From: Minisyncoccota bacterium
GTDB taxonomy: Bacteria; Patescibacteriota; Minisyncoccia; Phycocordibacterales; Phycocordibacteraceae
Length of the DNA: 58,458 bases
Direction of reading: 5' to 3'
Assembly (NCBI GenBank): GCA_035547315.1
Contig: DASZVH010000001.1
Span: forward strand, 1-58,458
Position numbers and translations under genes: made by a program. Shown in pieces: positions 37,501-46,734 of this stretch. Numbering within the stretch: the first letter of the stretch is position 1; each line of letters opens with the position of its first letter. The notes below the pieces were generated by a model, which saw only the letters and a list, made by a program, of their open reading frames with translations, was not told the origin of the DNA and ran no database searches.

Positions 37501-38046
37501 GCCGGAGAGGACGCCGCCTGCCAGGCCGTGCTCGAGGATTGACTCGCTGATGAAGAGCTCGCCGCGGCTCTGGATCATCGGCGGGAAGAAGAGCGTGTCG
37601 CCGCCCGAGCCCTCCGGCAGCGCGACGCCGTCGTAGCGCAGCCGCGCGTGCGCAAGCGAGAGGCGCGCCCCCGGCTCGACCACGATCGTGTTCACGTTGA
37701 AGACGCTCGGCGCCGAGGTCGCGGCGAGCGCGGCGGTATCGCCGCCGTAGCTCGCGTCGGCGATATCGGCGAAGACGACCTCCTCGGAACTCGAGGCGCT
37801 TCCCGCGACGAGCGCTCCCGAGATGTCGAAGGCGCCCTGCGGGTCGAGCTTGACCACGACGCCCGGCTCGATCGTGAGCGTCGCGCCCGCGGCGATCGAG
37901 AGGTCGGTATAGACGAGATACGGGCTCCGGTCGGGGGTCCAGGTGGCGTCGCTCGCGATGGATTCGGGCGCGACGGTGGCGGCGCGCGCGGAGAAAGGCG
38001 CGAGACAAAGGAGAAGCCCTGCGAGCATGAGCGTGCGAGCGCGCAT
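34594..38046 (-). CDS. Large secreted protein: beta-helix N-terminus plus LCAT/PLA2-like alpha/beta hydrolase
   Basis: Signal peptide from MRARTL; oxyanion FIPGTEASRL, PYDWR, nucleophile AHSNGG, GTPQFGTP, GDGTV (Asp), HQDL (His); DIDGDGVID near the C-terminus. Confidence 0.85.
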   Translation of the reverse strand: MRARTLMLAGLLLCLAPFSARAATVAPESIASDATWTPDRSPYLVYTDLSIAAGATLTIEPGVVVKLDPQGAFDISGALVAGSASSSEEVVFADIADASYGGDTAALAATSAPSVFNVNTIVVEPGARLSLAHARLRYDGVALPEGSGGDTLFFPPMIQSRGELFISESILEHGLAGGVLSGWFGEDTASTTIEGTTIGASQKGGRGVDLAGGTLRLAEDTIAEASSVEGGLLLAGPESAPLALEWDASDLADTQVFPPPPYANEIEEYIAVDEGTSVSAAPGATLAFGPHGGLDISGAFSAQGNAEAPVTLAPSAQAQAAGWPGIAIESGGTLSLAHAALDHGGEEWDRSLCADDSVDASPCSSALFNAGGTLSISDTSFSGSIGRDVLEEEGASDLERVHLPAGARVASGELTIHESDIGAAGAFGIENDGSATTSAEDDYWGDPSGPAEPAGNPEGAGASVSGAVSYAPWLSADPFLAPPPGHSSVLFIPGTEASRLYMKLSSNTEKRVWEPASDADLKYLAINLDGSSANNLYTKDIIDSIWSQDPGIIARLVKAIAPGDLEVYGGLEQFLDGLVASSTIKEWRAYPYDWRYDPLDVVKNGTLTEEPDGSIARVYLADVVAQMASSSPTGKVTIIAHSNGGLLAKALTQELGPSAADYIDRIILVGTPQFGTPAAVGSLLHGDGQSIGLGFGLDLVSAKAVRAEAEVIPDAYALLPSPAYFTHVATPVVEFSDNALLKPFVDAYGSAISAFGAFESFIDDGKGIDEQFDNSTLKAPLPLPVSAIQKAEEGHQALDSWQPPAGIAVSAIAGWGSLTPATLDYTKAAFNILSCGRSDPLNPAHCELKPILQHTEKKTEDGDGTVVSPSALGDIADAWYFNLKKYGTDFHQNFSHQDLTSAQPIQETLSDLIKGQPISNFYLTSLKPSTKKDPLVIISSHSPVNIIATDASGNETGVVPAAGTGLALTVAHIPESAVDLESGEEYLTLPQEGSYSVAAAGYAQGPTTLEVEEVDAEGAVQSEESFAAIPTTASTTMAFSIEGGAASEPQVDIDGDGVIDLEVASDTPAALAPADALSLLRQEVAALSARPGVKNRLLAQIEKLAGEAGELASAQADVSWLETLIGAQAGVKLSEDQAASMLGLIQYLKL

Positions 38047-38146
38047 GAACTCATACAGGATACGACGAATACGCCCGGCGCGTGTAGAGAAGGTTATCCC
38101 CAGTTCTTGGGCAGCGGCGGCGCGCATGAGGTATACTGGCTGCACC

Positions 38147-41100
38147 ATGCCGTCGTTCTCAAAGCGGTTCGTTTTCGCGGCAGCCGTGCTCCTTCTTCCG
38201 CTCTCCTTCGCCCTCCCCGCGCACGCCGCCGAGCTCTCCGAGGACCAAATCAACTCGCTCCTCGCGCTCCTGACCTCCTTCGGCGTCGACCAAGCCACGC
38301 TCACTACCGTCGACGACATCCTCCACGGCATCACGCCGCCCGCCGCCAACTGCCCTGACCTCGAGCGTACCTTGGGCGAGGGGATGAGCGGCGCCGACGT
38401 TACCGCGCTTCAGCAGTTCCTCGCGGCGGACCCGACCGTCTATCCCGAGGGCCTCGTTACCGGCTATTTCGGCTCTTTGACGCAGGCCGCGGTACAGCGT
38501 TTCCAAGCCAAGCAAGGCATCATCAACTACGGTACTCCCGCCACCACAGGCTACGGCCTCGTGGGGCCTAAGACGCGCGCGACTATCGCCTCGGTCTGCC
38601 AGTTGAGCACCGTTGGTACGGGCGGCTACACAGGCGGTGGCGAGGGCGGAGGGGGTGGCGGCGGTGGTGGTGGCGGTGGTGGCGGAGGAGGAGGGGGCGG
38701 CGGGGGAGGAGGAGGGGGCGGCGGAGGGGGCGGAGGCGGCGACACTAACCCGCCCACGACGCCCGGCAATCTCCAGGGTACGCCGACCACCACGACCGTC
38801 GCGCTCTCCTGGAACGCCTCGAGCGACGACACGGGCGTCGCCGGCTATGACGTCTACGAAAACGGCAGCATGATCGCCTCGGGCTCGGACACGAGCTATG
38901 TCGCGGCAGGTCTTACCTGCGCTACGAGCTACACCTTCGCGGTCGACGCCTACGATGCCGCCGGCAACCGCTCGGGCCAGGCGAATATCCAGGTAACCAC
39001 CCAGGACTGCGGCGGAGGGGGCGACACCAACCCGCCCACGACGCCCGGCAGCTTCGGCGCGAGCGGCGTTACCGCCTCGCAGGTCCAGCTCTCCTGGGGC
39101 GCCTCGAGCGACGACACGGGTGTTGCGGGCTACGACATATATAAGAACGGAGTTTCCTCCTGGTCGACCGCCTCGACCAGCTATTCCTTCACCGGCCTTA
39201 CCTGCGCGACCTCCTACACCTTCGGCGTCGACGCCTACGACGCCGCGGGCAACCACTCGGGCCAGGCGACCACCGCGACCACGACGCTCCCCTGCGTCGA
39301 CACGCAGCCGCCCTCCACCCCTGCGCCCGCCGTGGCCAGCTCATCGTCCGACTCGATAACGGCGCAGTGGAGCGCCTCGAGCGACGATACCGGCGTCGCG
39401 GGCTATGACGTCTACGAGAACGGCACCAAACTCGGCAGCACGACGAACCTCTCTTACGCCTTTACCGGCCTCTCCTGCGGTACGAGCTACACGCTCGGCG
39501 TCGACGCCTACGACGGCGCGGGCAATCACTCCGCGATCGGCACGGTGCAGGGCTCGACGCTCTCGTGCGGCGGCGGGGGCGGCAGTGGCGCGCAGATCGC
39601 CATCCCGACCTATCCGGAGAAGTCAGTGGTCATCGCGACGACGAACGTCCTCAACTACGGCGCCGACCCGACCGGGAAGACCGACTCGACCAACGCCTTC
39701 CAGCAGGCGCTCGATGCCGCGTTCGCCAAGGGCGGCGGCACGGTCTGGGCGCCGGCGGGCACGTACCGCTTCAACGGCCAGATCACGGTCCCCTCGAGCG
39801 TTACGCTGCGCGGCGACTGGAAACAGCCCACCGACTCCGACAAATCGGTTGGCGGTACCATCCTTGCGATTTACAACACGAGCAGCAGCTTCGTCCTCCT
39901 CGACGGTGCCGGTGGGCTCGAGGATTTGAATTTTTGGTATCCTTCGCAATCTATCACGAGCATTAATACGGCAGTTCCAGTGACGGTAGCGCTCGATCCG
40001 GACGCGCCGCACTCCTTGCGCAATCCTTCGGTTCTGGACAGCACATTCGTCAATCCGACCATGATTTTCGACGCGCGCGGAGCCTCTGGTAAGGGGATTG
40101 AACTTGACAATATATACGGTTCGCCGCTCGTGACCGGTGTCATCCTGGCCGACACGACAAGCGCTTGCCGTGTAAGCGACCTCCACCTCGGCGCCGTCTA
40201 TTGGGCCTCCTCGGGCCTCTCCGGCGCACCCTCGTATTCCGCGCTCGCGGACTACACCCGCACGCACACGATCGGCGCGGAGTATGACGATAATTGGCTC
40301 TCCTCGAACGTCTCACTCGATGACTTCGAGATAGGGCTCTATTATGCCGGCAAGTACAAGGGACCTAACAATCCGGTCGTGACCGGCGAGACCATCACGG
40401 GGCTCGAGATCAGTGGCGCCAATATCGGCATCAAGATCAGCCAGTACAACTTTTTCATGAGCGTTGCGTCGATAAGCGCTACCGCGGGCACGAATCCAAC
40501 CGCGATACTGATCACAAAGAATGATGCGAAGGGTAACCCTACCACGGGCCGGTTGGTGTTTGACGACACCACGCTCTCCTCGAGCGGCGCGGACATCACG
40601 AACCAATCGTCATCCTTCGATATCGACGCGGCCAATGACACCTTTGCCTCATGGGGCGGGTATGCGATCACCGTTGCCGGCGGCCTTGCGCTCGAGGGCG
40701 ATCACTTCTCTCAAGCGGCTTCGGGCAACACCAAGGATCTGTCGCTTGGAAGCTCAGTGCCGCGGGCCTTTATCGTCGGCAATACCTATCCGAGTGGGCA
40801 AAGCGCGATCGCCATGGATAGCGCGGCGAATCCGAGCAATGTTTGGGTTGCCGAGGGCCTCACTGATACAGTGCTTGCTGCACTCGGTATAAGCGGGTTT
40901 CCGAGCTCAGGCTACACGGTTGATGCGCTTGCCCACCTCGCGCCGCCGCAGCCCAAGCCCGCCCGCACTGGTACCGACTCCCTTTATGATGTCACCGCCT
41001 ACGGCGCGAAGGCAGACTGTATCGACAGCGATTTCAACGATTCGGGCATTATGACCGGCGGTTGCACCGACAACACAGCAGCATTCCAAGCGGCGCTCAA

Positions 41101-43624
41101 TGCGGCCGGTAATGCAGGCGGCGGCACCGTGTATGTGCCCGGCAGTCCGGCGACCGGCATGGGGTACTTTTTCACCGGCAACCTCCGTGTGCCCACGGGA
41201 GTTGAGCTTACCGGTGCGCCACAGGATTCCGCATTCCACACGCTTGATACGCAGACCGCGCTTTTCGTGCAAGGGAATTCTTCACCCTTCATCGCGCTTT
41301 CCTCGAATGCGGGCGTGCGTGGCCTCGCGTTCTGGTATACCAACCAAGACGCCTATCATCAGGCGCCGTACAATGGGCCGCAGCCTTTCGGCTACACCAT
41401 TCAGGCGCAAGGCGCCGGGGATTGGGTCGAGAATGTCGTTAACGCAAATGCGACCTATGGACTCGATTTCGGCACTTACGGCTCGACCGGCCACTTTATC
41501 GACAACTACCAAGCAGCGGTGCTCCGCGACGGTATCTTCGTGAGCAAGAGCACGAGCGGTTTTATTGGGAATCTGCAGACAGTCTTTACTTTCTGGCTCG
41601 ACCTTGGGAAAGGCTCCGGCGACAACCAGAAAATTCTCTCGTACCCCGAGCCTTTCGGGAATCCTCCCTCAGACTTGGATCAAAACGGAAACAGAGATAC
41701 TGACACCGGCGAACCCGCGGATGCGTATGCTTCGGGGAGTGGGCTTCTTTTGGGGAGTGCCAAGAACGAAGTCATCCAGAGCGTGTATCTCCACGGCCCC
41801 CATTACGGTATCCAGACAGTAAACGACAACGGCGGGCCCAGCTTCACGCTTCTTAATTTCGGCTCTGAGACGTATACCGGCCTTGATGTCGAGGCGCTCG
41901 ATCCGGCCGGCGCCAAGATACTCGCGGCCCAGTACCACACGATCGCGGACAGCTGCTATCCCGCCAGCTGCGGCGACGCGGTGGGCAAGCCTTATCTCAT
42001 CGTCGGCAGCGGCGTCGCGCCGACCACGCCGATCACCTTCTTCTCCTACGCCAATCATTCGATGACGCCGATCGGCTTCGATCTCTCCGGAGGAAAAACC
42101 ATCATCGAGCAATACTCAAGCGACCTGCAGGCTAACACAATCGCGAGCATTCAGACGGCAGCGGCAATCCACGGGGCTCTGACCGGCTTCGCGCTTCTCG
42201 ACGGGAAATTCCTCAATTCGCTCACCGCGCCGGCTCGGCAAGGCGGTCCGAGCAATCCGAACGCGACGGTCGTTTCCGACGACCTGAGTCCCAATGTTGC
42301 GCTCGTGGGCATCTGGGCGGTCGATAATCCGGCTCAAGTGAGCGGTCCGGTTGATCTCACCTACCAGCCTTGGTTCACGGGCGGAGGCAGCGGCCCCGAT
42401 ACGACGCCGCCTTCCGCGCCGACCAATCTTGCCGGCACCGGCGCGGGGGGCGTGGCGGCGCTCACCTGGACTGCCTCCACCGACGACGTTGGTGTCGCGG
42501 GCTACAAGGTGATCCGCGACGGCGCGCAGATCGCGACCACCACGCTCGCGCTCTACACGGATCTTGGGGTAACGGTCGGTCAGACTTACACTTATAAAGT
42601 CAAGGCCTTCGACGCGGCGGGCAATGTCTCAGGCGCTTCCAATGCGGCGCAGGTGACGATCCTCGGCCACAGCGGTCTTGGCACCCCTTCAGGCGGAGGC
42701 AGCTCGCAGCTTCAGGAGGGTGCCGGCACCTGCAACGCACCGGCAGCAAACCTCGCGTTTGGCGCCACCGGCGCGGCGGTGACCACCCTCCAGCAAGCGC
42801 TCATCGCGCTCGGCTACTCGCTCCCGGCCGGCGCCACCGGCTACTACGGCAGCCAGACCGTCGCGGCGGTCGAGGCCTTCCAAGCCGCGCACGGGATCGT
42901 CTCCTCGGGGAGCGCCGCGACGACCGGCTTCGGCGCCGCGGGCCCCACCACGCGCGCGGCGCTCGAGAGCGTCTGCGGCAGCGCGCCCTCCTCTCCTGTG
43001 AGCGGCACCGGCGCGGCCGGCGGCACCTCGGGCGCGGCCGGCGGCACCGGCGGCTCGGCCCCGGCGAGCGGCGCGGGGAGCGCCGGCGGCGGCAGCTGCC
43101 CGCTGCTGCCTACGACGCTCGCCGAGGGCTCCTCGGGCACCGCGGTCACCGCGCTGCAGCAGCTCCTGCTCGCGCTCGGCTACTCGCTCCCGGCCGGCGC
43201 CACCGGCTACTACGGCAGCCAGACCGTCGCGGCGGTCGAGGCCTTCCAGATTTCCCATACGATCGTCTACTCGGGCACGCCGGCCTCCACCGGCTTCGGC
43301 GCCGCGGGGCCGCGTACCGTCGCTGCGCTCGCTGCCGCATGTGGCTCCTCCTCGAACAGCCCAACCAACCCCTCTTCGGAGACTTCGGGCGGTCTCGGCA
43401 CGTCGACGCAATCGGGCACCGGCGCCGTCGGCGGAGTGAGCTCGGGCACGGGCACGGGCGGCACCGGCGCGGCCGGCGGCACCTCGGGCGCGGCCGGCAG
43501 CACCAGCTCCGGCACCGGCACCTCGGGCGCAGCCGACAGCACCAGCACCAGCTCCGGCACCGGCACGGCGACCTCGACGAGCAAGGGTTCTGCGGTCGGC
43601 GGCCTCAGCCCCTCCTCGCGCTAG
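38147..43624 (+). CDS. Giant secreted protein (1825 aa): 3 peptidoglycan-binding domains, 4 FN3, two Pectate_lyase_3-like beta-helix glycosidase modules
   Basis: PG-binding DVTALQQFL...TGYFGSLT.AAV..FQ (x3); FN3 DT.PP..P...W.AS.DD.GVAGY (x4); NVLNYGADPTGKTDSTNAFQ and YDVTAYGAK...DNTAAFQ with GGGTV..P.G.Y; poly-Gly linker. Confidence 0.85.
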   Translation: MPSFSKRFVFAAAVLLLPLSFALPAHAAELSEDQINSLLALLTSFGVDQATLTTVDDILHGITPPAANCPDLERTLGEGMSGADVTALQQFLAADPTVYPEGLVTGYFGSLTQAAVQRFQAKQGIINYGTPATTGYGLVGPKTRATIASVCQLSTVGTGGYTGGGEGGGGGGGGGGGGGGGGGGGGGGGGGGGGGGGGDTNPPTTPGNLQGTPTTTTVALSWNASSDDTGVAGYDVYENGSMIASGSDTSYVAAGLTCATSYTFAVDAYDAAGNRSGQANIQVTTQDCGGGGDTNPPTTPGSFGASGVTASQVQLSWGASSDDTGVAGYDIYKNGVSSWSTASTSYSFTGLTCATSYTFGVDAYDAAGNHSGQATTATTTLPCVDTQPPSTPAPAVASSSSDSITAQWSASSDDTGVAGYDVYENGTKLGSTTNLSYAFTGLSCGTSYTLGVDAYDGAGNHSAIGTVQGSTLSCGGGGGSGAQIAIPTYPEKSVVIATTNVLNYGADPTGKTDSTNAFQQALDAAFAKGGGTVWAPAGTYRFNGQITVPSSVTLRGDWKQPTDSDKSVGGTILAIYNTSSSFVLLDGAGGLEDLNFWYPSQSITSINTAVPVTVALDPDAPHSLRNPSVLDSTFVNPTMIFDARGASGKGIELDNIYGSPLVTGVILADTTSACRVSDLHLGAVYWASSGLSGAPSYSALADYTRTHTIGAEYDDNWLSSNVSLDDFEIGLYYAGKYKGPNNPVVTGETITGLEISGANIGIKISQYNFFMSVASISATAGTNPTAILITKNDAKGNPTTGRLVFDDTTLSSSGADITNQSSSFDIDAANDTFASWGGYAITVAGGLALEGDHFSQAASGNTKDLSLGSSVPRAFIVGNTYPSGQSAIAMDSAANPSNVWVAEGLTDTVLAALGISGFPSSGYTVDALAHLAPPQPKPARTGTDSLYDVTAYGAKADCIDSDFNDSGIMTGGCTDNTAAFQAALNAAGNAGGGTVYVPGSPATGMGYFFTGNLRVPTGVELTGAPQDSAFHTLDTQTALFVQGNSSPFIALSSNAGVRGLAFWYTNQDAYHQAPYNGPQPFGYTIQAQGAGDWVENVVNANATYGLDFGTYGSTGHFIDNYQAAVLRDGIFVSKSTSGFIGNLQTVFTFWLDLGKGSGDNQKILSYPEPFGNPPSDLDQNGNRDTDTGEPADAYASGSGLLLGSAKNEVIQSVYLHGPHYGIQTVNDNGGPSFTLLNFGSETYTGLDVEALDPAGAKILAAQYHTIADSCYPASCGDAVGKPYLIVGSGVAPTTPITFFSYANHSMTPIGFDLSGGKTIIEQYSSDLQANTIASIQTAAAIHGALTGFALLDGKFLNSLTAPARQGGPSNPNATVVSDDLSPNVALVGIWAVDNPAQVSGPVDLTYQPWFTGGGSGPDTTPPSAPTNLAGTGAGGVAALTWTASTDDVGVAGYKVIRDGAQIATTTLALYTDLGVTVGQTYTYKVKAFDAAGNVSGASNAAQVTILGHSGLGTPSGGGSSQLQEGAGTCNAPAANLAFGATGAAVTTLQQALIALGYSLPAGATGYYGSQTVAAVEAFQAAHGIVSSGSAATTGFGAAGPTTRAALESVCGSAPSSPVSGTGAAGGTSGAAGGTGGSAPASGAGSAGGGSCPLLPTTLAEGSSGTAVTALQQLLLALGYSLPAGATGYYGSQTVAAVEAFQISHTIVYSGTPASTGFGAAGPRTVAALAAACGSSSNSPTNPSSETSGGLGTSTQSGTGAVGGVSSGTGTGGTGAAGGTSGAAGSTSSGTGTSGAADSTSTSSGTGTATSTSKGSAVGGLSPSSR
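42804..43248 (+). repeat. 79-bp exact direct repeat (42804-42882 and 43170-43248)
   Basis: TCGCGCTCGGCTACTCG...GAGGCCTTCCA occurs twice, within the duplicated PG-binding domains. Confidence 0.9.
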
Positions 43625-43651
43625 CGTTTCCTCGGATGCGGCGCGCGCGCC

Positions 43652-43680
43652 TTGCACGGCGCGCGCGTTCTTGCTACATT
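43652..43680 (+). promoter_or_regulatory. Sigma70-like promoter of tuf
   Basis: TTGCAC-N17-TACATT. Confidence 0.55.
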
Positions 43681-43752
43681 CTTTAGTAACGCTTTCGGCG
43701 TCACTCGGCTCTTGCCGGGGTTTATTCGTGTCTTAGCAATAATTTATCCACC

Positions 43753-44952
<1,200 letters not shown>

Positions 44953-44972
44953 GCCTCTCCCGATTCTCAATC

Positions 44973-45006
44973 CAAGAACCCGCGGCCTTCCGGTCGCGGG
45001 TTCTTG
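44973..45006 (+). terminator. Intrinsic terminator after tuf
   Basis: CAAGAACCCGCG...CGCGGGTTCTTG followed by CGTTTTT. Confidence 0.75.
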
Positions 45007-45048
45007 CGTTTTTAATGGGCATAGTGCATACTCGGCTGTACACGTTCT

Positions 45049-45441
45049 ATGACAGCGGCAACGGCAACCAAAGAGCCTAAGACGCGCGCGGCGAAGCCGC
45101 GCGCGAAGAAAGCTGCTGCCGACGCCGCTTCTCAGGAGCACAAGCTCCGCATTCGGGTAAAGGCCTACGAGCACAAGATCCTCGACGTCTCCGTGAAGCA
45201 GATCATGGACACCGCGGCGCGCTTCGACGCGAAAGTCGTCGGCCCCGTGCCGCTCCCGACCGAGATCAAGCGCTGGACGGTCAATCGCTCCACCTTCGTC
45301 CACAAGGACGCGCGCGAGCAGTTCGAGATGCGCATCCACAAGCGCCTCATAGACATTTTGAATCCCTCGCCGAAGGTCATCGAAGCGCTCACCAATCTCA
45401 ATCTCCCCTCGGGCGTTTCCATCGACGTGAAGATGGTCTGA
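45049..45441 (+). CDS. rpsJ: 30S ribosomal protein S10 with Lys/Ala-rich N-terminal extension
   Basis: [32 protein letters not shown]. Confidence 0.98.
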   Translation: MTAATATKEPKTRAAKPRAKKAAADAASQEHKLRIRVKAYEHKILDVSVKQIMDTAARFDAKVVGPVPLPTEIKRWTVNRSTFVHKDAREQFEMRIHKRLIDILNPSPKVIEALTNLNLPSGVSIDVKMV

Positions 45442-45549
45442 GGAATCGAATGAGCCGCAGGCCGGGAACCGCCCGCGGCTTTTTGCTGCGGTTGCATTTG
45501 CTCGCGAAGCGCGTAGGCTGAGCGCGGAAACCACAGGGAGCAATAGAAG

Positions 45550-46098
45550 ATGGGGAAAATACTTGCGATCTTTACCGCATCCTCCGCCGGTGCGCCGATG
45601 GAGTCGGTGCGCTACGCGGCGCTTATCGCGGGGGCGGGCATCGCGGGCGACCGCTATGCGCTCGGCACCGGGAAGTATTCGCACTCGACCCCGCCGAAGA
45701 TACGCCACGTGACCTTCATCGCTCGCGAGGCGATCGAGCGAGCGAACCGGGAACTGCCCGCGGGCACACATTTCGCCCCGATCGACACGCGCCGCAACGT
45801 GCTCGTGGAGGGAATCGAGCTCAACGGCCTTGTTGGGCGCTTCTTCGGCAACAAGAAGGTGCTCTTCGAGGGCGTCGAACTCGCCGAGCCGTGCCTGCGG
45901 CCGCCCGCGCTGCTCAATCGGCGTTGGGCTGAGGTACGGAATGCCGCCATAGGAAGGGCCTTCGTTACGGCCTTTCGGCATCGGGGCGGCCTGCGCGCGG
46001 CGATCTATATGGACGCGCGTATCGCCGTCGACGATCCGCTCTGGGCCTTCAGCGAAGCGGAGGCGCGCCAGCGCTTCCCGGGCTTGGCGAGATCGTGA
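45550..46098 (+). CDS. MOSC domain-containing protein
   Basis: GIAGDRY, RRNVLVEGI.LN.LVG, EPC. Confidence 0.8.
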   Translation: MGKILAIFTASSAGAPMESVRYAALIAGAGIAGDRYALGTGKYSHSTPPKIRHVTFIAREAIERANRELPAGTHFAPIDTRRNVLVEGIELNGLVGRFFGNKKVLFEGVELAEPCLRPPALLNRRWAEVRNAAIGRAFVTAFRHRGGLRAAIYMDARIAVDDPLWAFSEAEARQRFPGLARS

Positions 46099-46263
46099 AC
46101 CAGGGGCCGCGAGCGCAAGCTCGCGGCCCGTTTCATACCCGATTCATCCGCGCCCTGCTAGAGTGGCCGCAACGCCGATCCGGATCGAGTTCTCTCGGGA
46201 ATTCTCAATGGATCGGCGGGACCAGCCGCCGCCTCCGGGCGGCGGCCGCGTACCCGGGAGGAC

Positions 46264-46292
46264 TTGCAATTTTACCGCACTAGTGCTATAGT
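46264..46292 (+). promoter_or_regulatory. Sigma70-like promoter of the small ORF at 46316
   Basis: TTGCAA-N17-TATAGT, then AGGAGG before ATG. Confidence 0.6.
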
Positions 46293-46315
46293 CTTTTCTA
46301 GAAAAGGAGGACAAA

Positions 46316-46549
46316 ATGTTCAAACAATTTTTGTTTTTCGCCAGCAGCGAGGCCCTCCGGGCCGAGCTGGAAGAGATCAACGGCAAGATCGGGGCGGTGC
46401 TTTCCGTGCTTGAGCAGCATCTCAAGCAGGGCAGCGACGACCACCGATCCGCCAGGTTGAACTGGGGACTCCTCGAACGGCTCCTGGAGCGGCGCTATGC
46501 CCTCTGCGAGCGACTCGAGATCCCGGTGCCCCTTCTCCGGCAGCGCTGA
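46316..46549 (+). CDS. Hypothetical helical protein (77 aa)
   Basis: Own promoter and strong RBS; amphipathic Leu-rich sequence. Confidence 0.65.
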   Translation: MFKQFLFFASSEALRAELEEINGKIGAVLSVLEQHLKQGSDDHRSARLNWGLLERLLERRYALCERLEIPVPLLRQR

Positions 46550-46605
46550 CGAATCACCTTTTTGAAGCCGGAGCTTTATCTGAAAAATGATGAAGCTTCG
46601 GCTTC

Positions 46606-46734
46606 TTGCATTTCCAGAGCGGGCACGGTAGAGTGCTCGGGTCGCTATGTCCTCCCGAGCCCTCGACGGGTTCTCGGGCAGGACCTCCAGCAAATCGCCC
46701 CGAAGCGATGCGCTGAGGGGCGATTTGTCTACCC
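46606..46734 (+). promoter_or_regulatory. rplC promoter and two-hairpin 5' leader
   Basis: TTGCAT-N17-TAGAGT (46606-46634); hairpins at 46649-46684 and 46691-46727 (11-bp perfect stem). Confidence 0.6.

Noticed and set aside
38626-38832. Poly-proline ORF on the minus strand
   Set aside because: It is the antisense of the poly-glycine linker.
38740-39560. Regularly spaced repeats that might be a CRISPR array
   Set aside because: They are in-frame FN3 domain repeats ~290 nt apart, and no cas genes are present.
45439-45441. Alternative genetic code (UGA=Gly as in Gracilibacteria/Absconditabacteria)
   Set aside because: rpsJ, rnhA and rplN end at TGA at their expected lengths, and no conserved gene shows internal TGA.
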